From Piromyces finnis finn (taxonomy: Eukaryota > Fungi > Neocallimastigomycota): DNA of 64,000 bases. Positions within the stretch are counted from its first letter, which is position 1. Every line of letters begins with the position of its first letter. A program made the position numbers and the translations under genes. The stretch lies in contig MCFH01000018.1 in NCBI GenBank assembly GCA_002104945.1, positions 248,001 to 312,000 on the forward strand, in the 5' to 3' direction. A model generated the notes under the pieces. It made no database searches. It had not been told where the DNA came from and worked only from the letters and a program-made list of their open reading frames with translations. Below are positions 61,501-64,000 of this stretch, piece after piece.

Positions 61501-62567
61501 TGTCTTCTTTTTATTGATACTTGTTCAAATACACCACTTTCATCTTCATCATCATTTGTTTTTCTTTTTCTTGATGATAGATGATTAGTAGATTCTTTTA
61601 ACTTTTCTGCCATTTCTTCAGGGAAAATATGAATGTCTTTATTATCTTTCATTATTTGTTCATCATAAAAATCATCAATTTCTTTTTTTTCATTATTATC
61701 TTCTATATATTCATTATTATCTATATTTAATTCTTCTTCAATTTCCTCAATTAAATTATTGATTTGATACTGATAAGATAAATTTAATAAATTTTCCAAT
61801 ATTTTTTTTGATTTAGGTACATAGCATCTTCCTTTATAAAGATATTCTATTAGTGCTTTAAAACTAATATAATTAACATTTGGAAATTTTAGATTTATGC
61901 AATTATTTTCTAATATTCCATTGTTAAAAATAGTATTAAAAGATGGGCATCGTGAAGCTAATATAACACGATGAGCCTTTATTACTTTTTGATGTTCACC
62001 CACTTCAAATTTTACATCATAATAATCATCAATAAAATTATTAAAATTATTTATTTGGTCAATATACTTACTGTAGATATATTGTTTATCTTGAATCTCA
62101 TGTATAAATATATTGTTAATTGAAGAAATATTTGGCAATAAAATATAACCTTCAGGTATTGTTTTTTTTGTAAAATATTGTTGATATGACATTTCATTTA
62201 TGTCTTTAATAAGTGTTATTCCCACAGTTAAATAATTTATTTTTTCAATATTATCATATTCAAACTTATAAAGACAAAATTTATTATCATAAAATTCATC
62301 CATAGAATAATTATGTATGTAATGGTATCTCCTATCTATATTAAAATATTCGTTACTATTTCCATTATTAATACTTAACCTTATTGATTTAATTGATGGA
62401 TTTCCTTTATATGATACTTTTATTTCCATATTATTGTTTGTCACATGATTAATTGAGATTACCCAAATTGCACCTTTACAAAAAAAATCTTTAGACTTAT
62501 ATTCCTCATTAAGTTTTACTTGTGTCGTAAAAAAATAACTATTTATATTACTAATATTTATACTCAT
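58518..62567 (-). CDS. BTB/POZ protein with a possible degenerate MATH-like N-terminus and a ~1000-aa acidic D/E/N/Q-rich tail
   Basis: Single 1349-codon ORF. BTB signature DVKFEVG..IKAHRVILASRCPSF...FKALIEYLY. The rest is low-complexity acidic sequence. Confidence 0.85.
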   Translation of the reverse strand: MSINISNINSYFFTTQVKLNEEYKSKDFFCKGAIWVISINHVTNNNMEIKVSYKGNPSIKSIRLSINNGNSNEYFNIDRRYHYIHNYSMDEFYDNKFCLYKFEYDNIEKINYLTVGITLIKDINEMSYQQYFTKKTIPEGYILLPNISSINNIFIHEIQDKQYIYSKYIDQINNFNNFIDDYYDVKFEVGEHQKVIKAHRVILASRCPSFNTIFNNGILENNCINLKFPNVNYISFKALIEYLYKGRCYVPKSKKILENLLNLSYQYQINNLIEEIEEELNIDNNEYIEDNNEKKEIDDFYDEQIMKDNKDIHIFPEEMAEKLKESTNHLSSRKRKTNDDEDESGVFEQVSIKRRHPNNNFFINNNHSLEFTPNKENKNIYYKNDEIEKNEVLNKKDESDAGVFNNIHVIEDEYSIGNGDIQNEMEISQNNSNKEQQQVKNVVDMIDVELSLHDSNNPPDESKYSKTDSYEIIEINESTNETVSNDEDVYEIIDDSLDHTKLKNYNQEVIYDEDENNPDYKEEKEGSNEKSIEYEEEEEGYENEENNDNEYENEKEEDNSYNEVKEGNENIIIEGENEESIMIEEDNENEEYIENDELDDDKYISDIKKIEEVSSSTDSESDEIQQEDDEYDYNNLNLEDQSQVNSYYEEKSESEEESKEEENDEDNLVKNEEVINLDHNEIIVINDDKENESGVDLDIESSFNDQVEKEYDIESSHEDINHFGFNELNPVNNENLGTLRDDEYYCELLPNDHMDDNILSIEAKNESFDENQNEFFDDNKDILENHIVISDTNEKESNDHELYLKDTDDVTENIDHSPLDEEYILNNQQKDVDNDNEYNYLNHHQENSEYIEDNTVDEPEALEHELILQEHDEDHQKIEDLNNDNTKEIEIMNNQRFENENNNDQNQTFEDSIINSDDQPKEQQQQLNDNLNNAIYDSKTSFNNNEFEEIQNIDNKLQNQQENIDNNDNNFDRHSLEIQQQNQQQFDESDNDILYEQQQQAMEELFNNETINQQSHEEIQHIDEDNNAINESQYNDIQENDKLKEQQQQQQQIEEFQDNNSINEQSLKEQEFEVNQDINNIEDQQLQDQQEEKVKDTIQHDEQSYIQNQITISDDQQQHYEDIHDNFDNEKEIQLENNAENEIDEKNSIHLENNVEVIHLIENDVDNENTFFNDNNELNLEEPLQDSIMDEHNNEDNLYDDTVYSLNKDVGNDFENEDVDTPVHNDNTVDNIMMEESVIENFIENNDDNNMNNKESHDIINQNNSELDDTFYIGSRDEQHTEEDQLNITTEDIKEDQVWEENLNYENIEDHFMDIPAVNNEIEQGDDQMIIHDELHNDQDNHDYFNDNM

Positions 62568-64000
62568 TTTGAAACAAATTTTATATTTACTAATATGTAC
62601 AAATTTTTTATTTAATTTTCCAATTACTAATTATTAATTACTATTATCCTATCAACTTAAAGTTATATTACTATTTATATTTTTATTAAAATTATAAATT
62701 AAATATTTATTATTACTACTATTATTATTATTATTACTAAAACCGTGTAATAATGTAATTCTATTAGTGATACTATACTACTACTGTAATTAATTAATTA
62801 CTATTTTGCTTTTATTTATATTGAATTTTTCTATACTATTTAATTCTTTAATATACTAATTTTACTAATAAAAAGAAAAAATGAAGAAACAAAATTAAAT
62901 ATAAATTATTTAAAAATACGCATATATATATAAAAAATAAATAAAAAAAACAATCTTCAAATATTATATATTTTAAACCAAAGATTCCCTATAATTACTT
63001 TTTATTAAATTTTTTTTTATTTTAATCTATATGACACTAAATTTTTTATCTTGTCTACTATATATTTGTCTATTTTTTTTCTTTTTCTTTTCTTTCTTTC
63101 TTTTTTTTTTATTATTTTTTTTTTTTTATTTTTTCTTTTTTTAAATTAATTTTTTATTTATGTAAATGAAAACTTTATATTTGAATTTCGGAATAAATAT
63201 TACTTAATAAAATTACTATTTTTATATATAAAAATGATAATAAATTAATAAATTCAATAATTCTTTACACCTTCTATTATCATAATAACAATTCAAATAA
63301 AATATATAATTATCTACTTTTGTAAAAAAAAAAAAAAAAAAAAAGTAAGCTTTTAAATATACAAAATATTACAAATATACTTTATTCTATTTTTCTTTTT
63401 TTGTTTACTAAAGTTATCATCAAATAAATGCTGAAATTATAAATAATACTAAAACTTTATAATTTTTTATTTAAATAAACAAATATATCTTCTTATATTA
63501 ATTCTAATTTTATTGTTGTGTTACAATAATTGAATACTTTTCTTTTTATTATTGTTACTGATAATGCTTTAAATAATTTATCTCCTCTCTATTATTTTAT
63601 TTTACTGTGTTTCCTTTAAAATAAATAATTGATTTTTATTCAAAGATTCATCATTTAATTTAATTTCCTATATTGAAGTTTTATTTTAATTAAAATAAAA
63701 AGGTGATCTTTTTTATTTTCAAATAAATATATATAAATATTTGAAATGTACAACATTTTAATTAAAATTGAAATTATGTAGAAATATGTAAAATTGTATA
63801 TTGTATATATTTTTTATGATAAATATTTTTTATATTAATCCAAAAATTTTTAATAATATAAATTATAAAGAAATAATATTCAAATTTATAAAAGTATCTA
63901 TTTATTAATTTATAGTTTTATTTATATCTACTTTTAATAATAATATTAATTTTTTATTAATAAAATATTTAAAGCTTATACAATATTTAAAATTATTTTT

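Overview
A very AT-rich, intron-rich eukaryotic window. Fungal dockerin (CBM10-type) repeats, gene content and composition point to an anaerobic gut fungus (Neocallimastigomycota); this is inferred, not database-checked. I can support 14 protein-coding genes, with exons stitched by hand: an MLKL-like 4HB + tandem pseudokinase (5'-truncated), ornithine carbamoyltransferase, kexin, an Esa1/Tip60 MYST acetyltransferase, a SIKE/FGFR1OP2-like coiled-coil protein, cysteinyl-tRNA synthetase, a poly-Asn protein, Mtr10/transportin-SR, an SLC33A1-type acetyl-CoA transporter, exportin-6, a TBC1D5-like RabGAP, an MLKL-like 4HB-kinase-LRR protein, a dockerin-bearing expansin and a BTB protein with a very long acidic tail. 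Four observations not in the ORF track stand out. (1) A two-hairpin H/ACA guide RNA sits in CysRS intron 9, with pockets matching conserved U2 (psi34/35) and U6 (psi40) snRNA sites. (2) A U12-type AT-AC intron lies in the acetyl-CoA transporter gene. (3) Two MLKL-like proteins have complementary architectures, suggesting a necroptosis-like or immune module. (4) AAG 3' splice sites are unusually frequent. Many short ORFs in the track are microsatellite or antisense artefacts.
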